From Deltaproteobacteria bacterium (GTDB lineage: Bacteria > Desulfobacterota > Syntrophia > Syntrophales > UBA6807), in contig DSDU01000243.1 in the NCBI GenBank assembly GCA_011056835.1, positions 6,305-70,304 of the forward strand: a DNA stretch of 64,000 nucleotides. The letters are read 5' to 3'. The notes under the pieces are model-generated. The model was not told the DNA's origin, searched no databases, and saw nothing but the letters and a program-made list of their open reading frames with translations. Shown piece after piece: positions 27,901-37,300 of the stretch. Position 1 is the stretch's first letter; the number at the start of each line of letters is the position of its first letter. Both the position numbers and the translations under genes were made by a program.

Positions 27901-28602
27901 CGACAAGCCGACTCGCGAATATGACAACGTCGTGGAAGGAGATTATGCCGTCCTCACCGTATCGGACACAGGAATCGGGATTTCGGCGGATGACATGGAA
28001 CGGATATTCGAGCCATTCTACACGAAAAAAGTCATGGGAAGAAGCGGCACCGGTCTGGGAATGGCCGTCGTCTGGGGAACGGTGAAAGACCATAAGGCTA
28101 TATCGATGTTCAGAGCACCGAGGGCGCGGGAACAACCTTCACCCTTTACTTCCCCATCACAAGAAAGAAAACTCGCAGAATTCCGGATGAACGGCATACA
28201 CGCTCTTACCGGGGACATGGTGAAACCATTCTGGTGGTGGACGACGTGCGGGAACAGCGTGAAATCGCTACACACATGCTTGAAAGACTTGGGTATGTCG
28301 TTACCACCGTATCAAGCGGCGAAGAGGCCGTGGCATTTCTGAAGGATCGTTCCGTCGATCTCGTTATACTGGACATGATCATGGATCCCGGCATAGACGG
28401 GTTGGAAACATACCAACAAATCCTCTCCATACATCCCGATCAGAAAGCGATCATCGTCAGCGGCTTTTCAGAAACGCGACGGGTAAAGAAACTTCAGAGG
28501 CTCGGCGCGGGAGAGTACGTAAAAAAGCCGTATCTCATGGAGAAACTCGGCTCTGCAGTCAGAGATGCGCTGGACAGTACATCCCGGATAAACAAGAATT
28601 AA
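24932..28602 (+). pseudogene. hybrid sensor histidine kinase (PAS-GAF-4xPAS-HisKA-HATPase-REC) interrupted by a 1-nt frameshift at about 28096/28097
   Basis: Track ORFs are 24932..28342 (1136 aa) and 28234..28602 (122 aa). H-box GGVAHDLNNVLGG, N-box IMNIVSNAAEAM, G-boxes VSDTGIGI and GTGLGMAVV. After ...GTVKDHK the frame turns into nonsense, while the +1 frame from 28096 reads GYIDVQSTEGAGTTFTLYFP...ETILVVDDV...DLVILDMIMDPGIDG (end of HATPase plus receiver). Two PAS modules (EEKYRMIFETTGTATVI... and EERYRGIFETTGTATII...) are internal paralogs. Confidence 0.8.
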
Positions 28603-29312
28603 AAACCGATCGGTCGGCTTTTGAACCGGCAGCCCCTGCTCCGAAGTTTTTCAGCGGGAAACGATTCTCCATGGGCGGGAAATATCCTCTTCGCACCCAT
28701 ATCAAGAAGATCCGCCCAGCTCTTCAACAACACATTCACGTCCTCCGCAAAGGGCGGAAAATAAGGTCCCAGACCGAAGGGCAGGTAATTAATTGCAAGG
28801 TCTCCCACGAATGCTTCACCCGATGACAAGATAACGGTAACGGAACCTTCCGTATGACCTGGTGTATGAACGATAGAACCGGGAATGCCGAATTCTTCCA
28901 GCGTCATTCCGTCCGAAAGAATAATATCAGGATCGACCGGCTGAAATGAAAAAAAGGATGGGAAACGCCTTAATGCGCGTTTCCCCAGTGCCATGACAAC
29001 CCTGCCGAGAAAGGTGATCCCCGGAGGGAGGACGACCGTTCCCTCCTGCAGGAGATGAGCCTCCCGTTTGTGAACGGCGACGGGACACCGGCAGATATTT
29101 TGTATTGCTTGCAGGCTGCCCACATGATCGTAATGAACGTGAGTAATCACAATAAGCTCTATTTGACCGGGATCTATCCCTTTTTTCTTCAGAGCCGTGA
29201 AGAATCGTTTCTCTTTATGACAGTTGCCGGCATCAACAAGGATGCATCGACCGTCGTTTTCGATACAATAGGCGGCACTGGTTCCCAGTCCAATTTTCAC
29301 GTACCGTGTCAT
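28599..29312 (-). CDS. MBL-fold metallo-hydrolase
   Basis: HVHYDHVG (HxHxDH motif), later HTPGHT and a C-terminal His. The start is set at ATG 29312 (MTRYVKIGLG...) with SD GAGAGGGA. The track's longer form would overlap the upstream gene. Confidence 0.8.
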   Translation of the reverse strand: MTRYVKIGLGTSAAYCIENDGRCILVDAGNCHKEKRFFTALKKKGIDPGQIELIVITHVHYDHVGSLQAIQNICRCPVAVHKREAHLLQEGTVVLPPGITFLGRVVMALGKRALRRFPSFFSFQPVDPDIILSDGMTLEEFGIPGSIVHTPGHTEGSVTVILSSGEAFVGDLAINYLPFGLGPYFPPFAEDVNVLLKSWADLLDMGAKRIFPAHGESFPAEKLRSRGCRFKSRPIGF

Positions 29313-29358
29313 GCGCAGAATCCCTCTCAAAAACAGTCGATTACGACCCAGCGCGGCA

Positions 29359-30393
29359 TTACCCAAACCGGGAGAAAAACGGATCATCGAAATTCCCCGG
29401 AGAAATATCCTTTTCCCCGATTTCGATATCCTTGACAATTGAAATGATCATGTCATTGACGGGTGTAGGAATACCATATTTGGCCCCGTTGTCCGATATG
29501 TAGCCGTTCAGATAATCTATCTCCGTCGGTTTTCCCCGTTCGAGTGACTGAAGCATCGATGACTTCAACCGGCGATACTTGAACCCGACAAGACGAATCA
29601 TCAGATGGCGCCTCAGATGATCGAATAATCCCGCTCCGCTGAGCAGTTTGTAATAGTCAATCTTACCGGCATACACCTCCACGGAAATTCCCATGGCATC
29701 GGCAACGGAGATGGCCTCCCGCATGACCTCCACGAATATCTTCCGTATCTTTTTCACGGCGAGCATCTCCCCCAGATACAGGCCGCAGACGGCGCCGAGA
29801 GAGGTGATGCAGGAATTGATAATCAGCTTGGAATAGAGACTGCCCATAATGTTTCCGGAGATTTCCACGGGGAGGACGGCTTCGAGCATGTTCTTAATCG
29901 GAGGCAACCGCTCGTCAGGTTGATTGTCAATATTCCCGATAATAAACTCTCCGGTTGACGTTATTTCAAGTTCTGCCGGACGGTGCATCGTGCCACCCCA
30001 TCCCACGACACAGCCGATCGTGCGCTCCCTTCCCACGACTCGGGCCAGAGCATCTTCACAGATCCCGTTCTGCATTGAGACGACTACCGATGAGTTACTG
30101 AGAAACGGCAGAAGATCACGGGCCGCATCAAGCATATCCGTGGCCTTCGTGGCAAGAAATACAACGTCCTTCTTTTTATTCAGTTCAGAGATCCGGGCAA
30201 CCGCCGGCATGGACACCGTGAAATCGCCTTTGACACCAAATACATGAAGACCGGCGGTACGTATCGTGTCGGCCAGTTCCCGATGCTTGCACACGACTTC
30301 AACACTGTATCCCGCCTTCGCCATCAATGCCGCCGTGATCCCGCCGATCGCTCCGGCGCCGACAACGGCAATTCTGCTTTCCCTGTCAACCAT
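29359..30393 (-). CDS. panE: 2-dehydropantoate 2-reductase (ketopantoate reductase, PanE/ApbA family)
   Basis: IAVVGAGAIGG Rossmann N-terminus and C-terminal SMLQSLERGKPTEIDYLNGYI, typical of the family. The start is set at ATG 30393 after GGGAGGGAG. Confidence 0.75.
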   Translation of the reverse strand: MVDRESRIAVVGAGAIGGITAALMAKAGYSVEVVCKHRELADTIRTAGLHVFGVKGDFTVSMPAVARISELNKKKDVVFLATKATDMLDAARDLLPFLSNSSVVVSMQNGICEDALARVVGRERTIGCVVGWGGTMHRPAELEITSTGEFIIGNIDNQPDERLPPIKNMLEAVLPVEISGNIMGSLYSKLIINSCITSLGAVCGLYLGEMLAVKKIRKIFVEVMREAISVADAMGISVEVYAGKIDYYKLLSGAGLFDHLRRHLMIRLVGFKYRRLKSSMLQSLERGKPTEIDYLNGYISDNGAKYGIPTPVNDMIISIVKDIEIGEKDISPGNFDDPFFSRFG

Positions 30394-30508
30394 ACCCGCT
30401 CCCTCCCATAGTACTTCATAAACAGCCATACGTTTCGTATCCGATTGCAGCCCACCATGATTTATTATTCTATGCAAATGAAGCCAGGTTTATATCTGCG
30501 ATAACCGA

Positions 30509-31057
30509 TCACGTCGACCAGTCATCCCCGAAGCATGACCGTAACCACATGGGAATAATGTTGGATTCAAGTGAGCATCGAAGCTGTTCACACACCATGA
30601 GATCAGTCGGAAAGGCCATCGGCTCGGGCAGCGCATCGACAGGAAAAAACTTTACATCACCCGAATCGGTTCCGGGCTTCAATCCTCCCCCCATCCGAGT
30701 TCCCCAGAACCAGACTCCAACCGTCTGTTTTTGCGGATCATGGAAATTCGAATGAACGGCAAATACCGGTCCTATGGCAACATCAAGTCCCGTCTCTTCC
30801 CGGAATTCACGCCGTGCCGCATCCCGAATATCTTCATCCCACTCGACATGTCCGCAGGGAATGCACCACATCCCTTCATATGATCCGACGCGTTGTACCA
30901 GAAGGATCTCATTTCGCTCAACTACCACAACGGCAACGCCGACCGTGGGATTCCTGTATATAAATTCCCGACAGAGATTACAGTAAGGCCGATCGTGACC
31001 GTCGTCAGATTTTATTTCCAGACCTTTGCCGCATTGAGGACAATACAGAACCTTCAT
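30509..31057 (-). CDS. NUDIX hydrolase with N-terminal zinc ribbon
   Basis: CPQCG...CNLC ribbon. The Nudix box is [23 protein letters not shown] (GX5EX7REUXEEXGU). SD is GGAGAG. Confidence 0.85.
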   Translation of the reverse strand: MKVLYCPQCGKGLEIKSDDGHDRPYCNLCREFIYRNPTVGVAVVVVERNEILLVQRVGSYEGMWCIPCGHVEWDEDIRDAARREFREETGLDVAIGPVFAVHSNFHDPQKQTVGVWFWGTRMGGGLKPGTDSGDVKFFPVDALPEPMAFPTDLMVCEQLRCSLESNIIPMWLRSCFGDDWST

Positions 31058-31105
31058 AGTCTCTCCACTCGGTCACATGCATTCATTGGAACAACAGTGC
31101 ATTTA

Positions 31106-31267
31106 TCACTTTGATATCTTCGCTAGCATACAGAGCACCACAATCAGAAAAACGAAGGCACCTGCGAAGAAAAGGAAACCATATTGGAGAACCTGATCAA
31201 GACCGTTGTACCAGTCAAGAATCACATTGTAATAGTGATGATAAAGATTTTTCACTGTGTCTATCAT
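31106..31267 (-). CDS. 53-aa single-pass membrane protein, hypothetical (below the ORF-track length cutoff)
   Basis: Read by hand: ATG with AAGAGG 5 nt upstream. MIDTVKNLYHHYYNVILDWYNGLDQVLQYGFLFFAGAFVFLIVVLCMLAKISK, with one C-terminal TM helix. Confidence 0.35.
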   Translation of the reverse strand: MIDTVKNLYHHYYNVILDWYNGLDQVLQYGFLFFAGAFVFLIVVLCMLAKISK

Positions 31268-31460
31268 GGCAACCTCTTAATTGCATTGAAAAATGGAGTG
31301 AACGTCATGGTTCTACAGGGAAGCCACCAGTCGAATGGTATAATAAAGCTATTGTGGCATCGAGTAAAGACAAATGGTACAACGTCGCAAAAAGTCAGTG
31401 ATATCCTACATGTCCTTCGACGCTGCGGTCATACAACACCCGCCGGTCCTCTTATCGCCT

Positions 31461-31925
31461 CTACACATCGGTTTCATTTTTTATGTGCAACTCGGATACA
31501 TCCTGAAACCTGCATACCGCGAAATAGCGATCGACGTTTAAACTGATAAAGGCCGTTGAGGAAGCACTCATGAATTCTTCAAGCTGGGGATGCTTTGTGC
31601 GGTATAATGCCCTGAGTCGATCAACAGTGTCACCCGATAGAATTTCCGTCGTACCTGTAGCCGTCACAGCCATGGCATGGGCAATATCGTCCGGTCGGTT
31701 TGACCGGTCATCGATCAGCATGGCTGCACGGGCATCGGACATCAGGTTGGCGTATTTCCTTGTTGACCGATCCGTGGCAAACAGAAGCTGTTTCAAATCA
31801 TCAGTTGCAGCAAACGCCACGAGACTCGTATATGGCTGCCCGGCGTTCTGCGTGGCGAGAACGGCCAGATATTGCGTTCGAAACATATTTCTCAAAGTAT
31901 CTTCCAGTTTCTGTTCGCTTTTCAT
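31461..31925 (-). CDS. pyridoxamine 5'-phosphate oxidase-like FMN-binding split-barrel protein
   Basis: 154 aa with SD AAGGAGG. The pattern YLAVLATQNAGQPYTSLVAFAATDDLKQLLFATDRSTRKYANL is typical of the PNPOx-like family. Confidence 0.65.
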   Translation of the reverse strand: MKSEQKLEDTLRNMFRTQYLAVLATQNAGQPYTSLVAFAATDDLKQLLFATDRSTRKYANLMSDARAAMLIDDRSNRPDDIAHAMAVTATGTTEILSGDTVDRLRALYRTKHPQLEEFMSASSTAFISLNVDRYFAVCRFQDVSELHIKNETDV

Positions 31926-31985
31926 GGAACCTCCTTGTTTTCACTTTATAATGCATACTCTCTTATCATAAAAGTACGCGTGCAG

Positions 31986-32013
31986 TTGCTCAAACAAAAA
32001 TTAATTTGAGCAA
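31986..32013. promoter_or_regulatory. candidate operator: inverted repeat TTGCTCAAA - 10 nt - TTTGAGCAA
   Basis: Perfect 9-bp arms at 31986..31994 and 32005..32013, in the 284-bp divergent intergenic region between 31925(-) and 32210(+). It is AT-rich, so it is not a terminator-like hairpin. Confidence 0.3.
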
Positions 32014-32209
32014 TAACCTGTCAAACATCAATCGATCCATCGTTTTACAAACCGTGATGAATGCTCGCAGGAATCAACTATCATAATTCTGTTTTAAAAA
32101 AAACCACTCTCAGCGGGACAGGTTCAAATTAAACTTTTTCATATCCGTATCCGATGTTATTCAACACGGGCACAGCATTTCATAGACAGGCCAAGGAAAG
32201 GAGCATGAC

Positions 32210-32809
32210 ATGCAATATTCTGCACGGAAAGAATGGCTTGGTGCATTTGCACTTTCGTTTTTTTTACTACTCATAACGCCGGATTTTCTTCCTGCGCAAA
32301 CGGAATATGAAATCGTCCTCAAAAACGGTAATTCCATGATTACATCCGGATACCGCGAGATAAACGATACTATCTATATAAGAAAATACGGGGGAACCAT
32401 CGGTATTTCAAAAGGAGACATCAAGGAAATTAAGGTGCGCGACGAATATTGCGATGCAGAGGTTATAGAATATTCGGGAAAGAAAGAAGATACCGGCACG
32501 GATGTCAGTTCTCAGTACGGCAGACAAAAACCGAGCAAGGCCACATTGACCAACCTAGAGAGACGGAAATTATACGGCGAACTCACACAATGCGAACAGA
32601 AATTGCGGGTTCTTCGAGCTGAAGGTCCAAGAGTAATAAGCGGCCATGAAAAAATGGTAGCGGCAAGGAAAGCAGTCCAGTTCGGGGGACCGTTGCTTAA
32701 TGATCAAGAACTTTATCAGCAACGCCTGAGAATGCAGGAATCGAAATGTCAGAGAATCAGGAGCAGGATTGATGGGCGTATCGTTCAGGAACCGAGGAGC
32801 CTTGATTAA
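32210..32809 (+). CDS. secreted protein, function unknown (C-terminal coiled-coil-like region)
   Basis: 199 aa with SD AAGGAAAGGAG 6 nt upstream and signal peptide WLGAFALSFFLLLITPDFLPAQ. It is the last gene before the palindrome apex. Confidence 0.55.
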   Translation: MQYSARKEWLGAFALSFFLLLITPDFLPAQTEYEIVLKNGNSMITSGYREINDTIYIRKYGGTIGISKGDIKEIKVRDEYCDAEVIEYSGKKEDTGTDVSSQYGRQKPSKATLTNLERRKLYGELTQCEQKLRVLRAEGPRVISGHEKMVAARKAVQFGGPLLNDQELYQQRLRMQESKCQRIRSRIDGRIVQEPRSLD

Positions 32810-33289
32810 ATAAAGGGTGGCAGAATCAGTCGGCTGTACATAACGCTCTCGACCGGTGGGCTTTCGCGTTGTTGCAGTTCCGCCGGCTTCACTAATTGAA
32901 GAACGGAAAGGAAGTGCCGCGAACCGTGGGCAATGAACTCCGTAGCAATGATTCCCCTAATCACGCCCATGATCCTGTTACGGTAGGTAGTCACATCGGA
33001 TCTACCGCCTCTTCTGTTTTTTGAGATGTTCGCCGTCTCACCGGTTGAAGAGCGCAAACCACCACAATCACCATACCGTTCATGATAGCATGATGGAACG
33101 ATTCATGCCGGCTCACATAGACAACGCAGTCTAACTCTACCAGCATTCATGCGCGAGACATTCCCTTATCTTTCATTGGTTTGCATGATACAGGAATACC
33201 TCATCTTTTTCTGATCATGATGAGTGTACCCTCATTCAAGAACAAAGAATCCGTCCCCGGGCCAAGGCAACAATGCTGTAATCCGTGCG

Positions 33290-33323
33290 GATCGATCGGA
33301 GAGGCTAGCCTCTCCGATCGATC
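33290..33323. repeat. palindrome apex: GATCGATC GGAGAGGCT|AGCCTCTCC GATCGATC, dyad between 33306 and 33307
   Basis: Read directly. The centre is GCTAGC (NheI site) inside GGCTAGCC. There are no unpaired spacer bases and no recognisable sequencing adapter. Confidence 0.95.
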
Positions 33324-33803
33324 CGCACGGATTACAGCATTGTTGCCTTGGCCCGGGGACGGATTCTTTGTTCTTGAATGAGGGTACACTCATCATGATC
33401 AGAAAAAGATGAGGTATTCCTGTATCATGCAAACCAATGAAAGATAAGGGAATGTCTCGCGCATGAATGCTGGTAGAGTTAGACTGCGTTGTCTATGTGA
33501 GCCGGCATGAATCGTTCCATCATGCTATCATGAACGGTATGGTGATTGTGGTGGTTTGCGCTCTTCAACCGGTGAGACGGCGAACATCTCAAAAAACAGA
33601 AGAGGCGGTAGATCCGATGTGACTACCTACCGTAACAGGATCATGGGCGTGATTAGGGGAATCATTGCTACGGAGTTCATTGCCCACGGTTCGCGGCACT
33701 TCCTTTCCGTTCTTCAATTAGTGAAGCCGGCGGAACTGCAACAACGCGAAAGCCCACCGGTCGAGAGCGTTATGTACAGCCGACTGATTCTGCCACCCTT
33801 TAT

Positions 33804-34403
33804 TTAATCAAGGCTCCTCGGTTCCTGAACGATACGCCCATCAATCCTGCTCCTGATTCTCTGACATTTCGATTCCTGCATTCTCAGGCGTTGCTGATAA
33901 AGTTCTTGATCATTAAGCAACGGTCCCCCGAACTGGACTGCTTTCCTTGCCGCTACCATTTTTTCATGGCCGCTTATTACTCTTGGACCTTCAGCTCGAA
34001 GAACCCGCAATTTCTGTTCGCATTGTGTGAGTTCGCCGTATAATTTCCGTCTCTCTAGGTTGGTCAATGTGGCCTTGCTCGGTTTTTGTCTGCCGTACTG
34101 AGAACTGACATCCGTGCCGGTATCTTCTTTCTTTCCCGAATATTCTATAACCTCTGCATCGCAATATTCGTCGCGCACCTTAATTTCCTTGATGTCTCCT
34201 TTTGAAATACCGATGGTTCCCCCGTATTTTCTTATATAGATAGTATCGTTTATCTCGCGGTATCCGGATGTAATCATGGAATTACCGTTTTTGAGGACGA
34301 TTTCATATTCCGTTTGCGCAGGAAGAAAATCCGGCGTTATGAGTAGTAAAAAAAACGAAAGTGCAAATGCACCAAGCCATTCTTTCCGTGCAGAATATTG
34401 CAT
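33804..34403 (-). CDS. mirror copy: secreted protein, function unknown
   Basis: Mirror of 32210..32809(+); identical 199-aa translation in the track. Confidence 0.55.
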   Translation of the reverse strand: MQYSARKEWLGAFALSFFLLLITPDFLPAQTEYEIVLKNGNSMITSGYREINDTIYIRKYGGTIGISKGDIKEIKVRDEYCDAEVIEYSGKKEDTGTDVSSQYGRQKPSKATLTNLERRKLYGELTQCEQKLRVLRAEGPRVISGHEKMVAARKAVQFGGPLLNDQELYQQRLRMQESKCQRIRSRIDGRIVQEPRSLD

Positions 34404-34599
34404 GTCATGCTCCTTTCCTTGGCCTGTCTATGAAATGCTGTGCCCGTGTTGAATAACATCGGATACGGATATGAAAAAGTTTAATTTGAACCTGTCCCGC
34501 TGAGAGTGGTTTTTTTTAAAACAGAATTATGATAGTTGATTCCTGCGAGCATTCATCACGGTTTGTAAAACGATGGATCGATTGATGTTTGACAGGTTA

Positions 34600-34627
34600 T
34601 TGCTCAAATTAATTTTTGTTTGAGCAA
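34600..34627. promoter_or_regulatory. mirror copy: candidate operator TTGCTCAAA - 10 nt - TTTGAGCAA
   Basis: Mirror of 31986..32013; checked by eye. Confidence 0.3.
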
Positions 34628-34687
34628 CTGCACGCGTACTTTTATGATAAGAGAGTATGCATTATAAAGTGAAAACAAGGAGGTTCC

Positions 34688-35152
34688 ATGAAAAGCGAAC
34701 AGAAACTGGAAGATACTTTGAGAAATATGTTTCGAACGCAATATCTGGCCGTTCTCGCCACGCAGAACGCCGGGCAGCCATATACGAGTCTCGTGGCGTT
34801 TGCTGCAACTGATGATTTGAAACAGCTTCTGTTTGCCACGGATCGGTCAACAAGGAAATACGCCAACCTGATGTCCGATGCCCGTGCAGCCATGCTGATC
34901 GATGACCGGTCAAACCGACCGGACGATATTGCCCATGCCATGGCTGTGACGGCTACAGGTACGACGGAAATTCTATCGGGTGACACTGTTGATCGACTCA
35001 GGGCATTATACCGCACAAAGCATCCCCAGCTTGAAGAATTCATGAGTGCTTCCTCAACGGCCTTTATCAGTTTAAACGTCGATCGCTATTTCGCGGTATG
35101 CAGGTTTCAGGATGTATCCGAGTTGCACATAAAAAATGAAACCGATGTGTAG
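34688..35152 (+). CDS. mirror copy: PNPOx-like FMN-binding protein
   Basis: Mirror of 31461..31925(-); identical 154 aa. Confidence 0.65.
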   Translation: MKSEQKLEDTLRNMFRTQYLAVLATQNAGQPYTSLVAFAATDDLKQLLFATDRSTRKYANLMSDARAAMLIDDRSNRPDDIAHAMAVTATGTTEILSGDTVDRLRALYRTKHPQLEEFMSASSTAFISLNVDRYFAVCRFQDVSELHIKNETDV

Positions 35153-35345
35153 AGGCGATAAGAGGACCGGCGGGTGTTGTATGACCGCAGCGTCGAAGGA
35201 CATGTAGGATATCACTGACTTTTTGCGACGTTGTACCATTTGTCTTTACTCGATGCCACAATAGCTTTATTATACCATTCGACTGGTGGCTTCCCTGTAG
35301 AACCATGACGTTCACTCCATTTTTCAATGCAATTAAGAGGTTGCC

Positions 35346-35507
35346 ATGATAGACACAGTGAAAAATCTTTATCATCACTATTACAATGTGATTCTTGACT
35401 GGTACAACGGTCTTGATCAGGTTCTCCAATATGGTTTCCTTTTCTTCGCAGGTGCCTTCGTTTTTCTGATTGTGGTGCTCTGTATGCTAGCGAAGATATC
35501 AAAGTGA
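35346..35507 (+). CDS. mirror copy: 53-aa single-pass membrane protein, hypothetical
   Basis: Mirror of 31106..31267(-); read by hand on this arm. Confidence 0.35.
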   Translation: MIDTVKNLYHHYYNVILDWYNGLDQVLQYGFLFFAGAFVFLIVVLCMLAKISK

Positions 35508-35555
35508 TAAATGCACTGTTGTTCCAATGAATGCATGTGACCGAGTGGAGAGACT

Positions 35556-36104
35556 ATGAAGGTTCTGTATTGTCCTCAATGCGGCAAAGGTCTGGAAATA
35601 AAATCTGACGACGGTCACGATCGGCCTTACTGTAATCTCTGTCGGGAATTTATATACAGGAATCCCACGGTCGGCGTTGCCGTTGTGGTAGTTGAGCGAA
35701 ATGAGATCCTTCTGGTACAACGCGTCGGATCATATGAAGGGATGTGGTGCATTCCCTGCGGACATGTCGAGTGGGATGAAGATATTCGGGATGCGGCACG
35801 GCGTGAATTCCGGGAAGAGACGGGACTTGATGTTGCCATAGGACCGGTATTTGCCGTTCATTCGAATTTCCATGATCCGCAAAAACAGACGGTTGGAGTC
35901 TGGTTCTGGGGAACTCGGATGGGGGGAGGATTGAAGCCCGGAACCGATTCGGGTGATGTAAAGTTTTTTCCTGTCGATGCGCTGCCCGAGCCGATGGCCT
36001 TTCCGACTGATCTCATGGTGTGTGAACAGCTTCGATGCTCACTTGAATCCAACATTATTCCCATGTGGTTACGGTCATGCTTCGGGGATGACTGGTCGAC
36101 GTGA
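35556..36104 (+). CDS. mirror copy: NUDIX hydrolase with zinc ribbon
   Basis: Mirror of 30509..31057(-); identical 182 aa. Confidence 0.85.
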   Translation: MKVLYCPQCGKGLEIKSDDGHDRPYCNLCREFIYRNPTVGVAVVVVERNEILLVQRVGSYEGMWCIPCGHVEWDEDIRDAARREFREETGLDVAIGPVFAVHSNFHDPQKQTVGVWFWGTRMGGGLKPGTDSGDVKFFPVDALPEPMAFPTDLMVCEQLRCSLESNIIPMWLRSCFGDDWST

Positions 36105-36219
36105 TCGGTTATCGCAGATATAAACCTGGCTTCATTTGCATAGAATAATAAATCATGGTGGGCTGCAATCGGATACGAAACGTATGGCTGTTTATGAAGT
36201 ACTATGGGAGGGAGCGGGT

Positions 36220-37254
36220 ATGGTTGACAGGGAAAGCAGAATTGCCGTTGTCGGCGCCGGAGCGATCGGCGGGATCACGGCGGCATTGATGGCGAAGGCG
36301 GGATACAGTGTTGAAGTCGTGTGCAAGCATCGGGAACTGGCCGACACGATACGTACCGCCGGTCTTCATGTATTTGGTGTCAAAGGCGATTTCACGGTGT
36401 CCATGCCGGCGGTTGCCCGGATCTCTGAACTGAATAAAAAGAAGGACGTTGTATTTCTTGCCACGAAGGCCACGGATATGCTTGATGCGGCCCGTGATCT
36501 TCTGCCGTTTCTCAGTAACTCATCGGTAGTCGTCTCAATGCAGAACGGGATCTGTGAAGATGCTCTGGCCCGAGTCGTGGGAAGGGAGCGCACGATCGGC
36601 TGTGTCGTGGGATGGGGTGGCACGATGCACCGTCCGGCAGAACTTGAAATAACGTCAACCGGAGAGTTTATTATCGGGAATATTGACAATCAACCTGACG
36701 AGCGGTTGCCTCCGATTAAGAACATGCTCGAAGCCGTCCTCCCCGTGGAAATCTCCGGAAACATTATGGGCAGTCTCTATTCCAAGCTGATTATCAATTC
36801 CTGCATCACCTCTCTCGGCGCCGTCTGCGGCCTGTATCTGGGGGAGATGCTCGCCGTGAAAAAGATACGGAAGATATTCGTGGAGGTCATGCGGGAGGCC
36901 ATCTCCGTTGCCGATGCCATGGGAATTTCCGTGGAGGTGTATGCCGGTAAGATTGACTATTACAAACTGCTCAGCGGAGCGGGATTATTCGATCATCTGA
37001 GGCGCCATCTGATGATTCGTCTTGTCGGGTTCAAGTATCGCCGGTTGAAGTCATCGATGCTTCAGTCACTCGAACGGGGAAAACCGACGGAGATAGATTA
37101 TCTGAACGGCTACATATCGGACAACGGGGCCAAATATGGTATTCCTACACCCGTCAATGACATGATCATTTCAATTGTCAAGGATATCGAAATCGGGGAA
37201 AAGGATATTTCTCCGGGGAATTTCGATGATCCGTTTTTCTCCCGGTTTGGGTAA
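36220..37254 (+). CDS. panE: mirror copy: ketopantoate reductase family protein
   Basis: Mirror of 29359..30393(-); ATG at 36220 after GGGAGGGAG. Confidence 0.75.
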   Translation: MVDRESRIAVVGAGAIGGITAALMAKAGYSVEVVCKHRELADTIRTAGLHVFGVKGDFTVSMPAVARISELNKKKDVVFLATKATDMLDAARDLLPFLSNSSVVVSMQNGICEDALARVVGRERTIGCVVGWGGTMHRPAELEITSTGEFIIGNIDNQPDERLPPIKNMLEAVLPVEISGNIMGSLYSKLIINSCITSLGAVCGLYLGEMLAVKKIRKIFVEVMREAISVADAMGISVEVYAGKIDYYKLLSGAGLFDHLRRHLMIRLVGFKYRRLKSSMLQSLERGKPTEIDYLNGYISDNGAKYGIPTPVNDMIISIVKDIEIGEKDISPGNFDDPFFSRFG

Positions 37255-37300
37255 TGCCGCGCTGGGTCGTAATCGACTGTTTTTGAGAGGGATTCTGCGC

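Larger units (their letters stand above)
2613..33306. repeat. left arm (30,694 bp inside the window) of a perfect zero-spacer inverted repeat
   Basis: x pairs with 66613-x. All track ORFs are mirrored with identical translations. Hand-checked exact reverse complements: 33253..33306 vs 33307..33360, 2613..2652 vs 63961..64000, 10381..10410 vs 56203..56232, 20002..20031 vs 46582..46611. Confidence 0.95.

Noticed and set aside
31111-31546. 96-aa and 120-aa plus-strand ORFs between the NUDIX and PNPOx-like genes
   Set aside because: They have no RBS and a low-complexity translation. The minus-strand 53-aa membrane ORF with a good SD fits the local gene orientation better.
32806-33057. 83-aa ORF (minus strand; mirror at 33556..33807) in the pre-apex region
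   Set aside because: It has a TTG start, no Shine-Dalgarno and no recognisable motif, and it overlaps the stop of the neighbouring gene. I treat it as non-coding.
33293-33306. GATCGGAGAGGCT at the apex resembles the Illumina adapter start AGATCGGAAGAGC
   Set aside because: It is not an exact match; the two diverge after GATCGGA. No SMRTbell hairpin adapter sequence sits at the dyad either, so an untrimmed adapter does not explain the junction.
33181-33432. Four 62-66 aa ORFs straddling the apex; the same two peptides appear on both strands
   Set aside because: They are a by-product of the palindrome, since each ORF reads through the dyad into its own reverse complement. There is no RBS and no protein-like composition.
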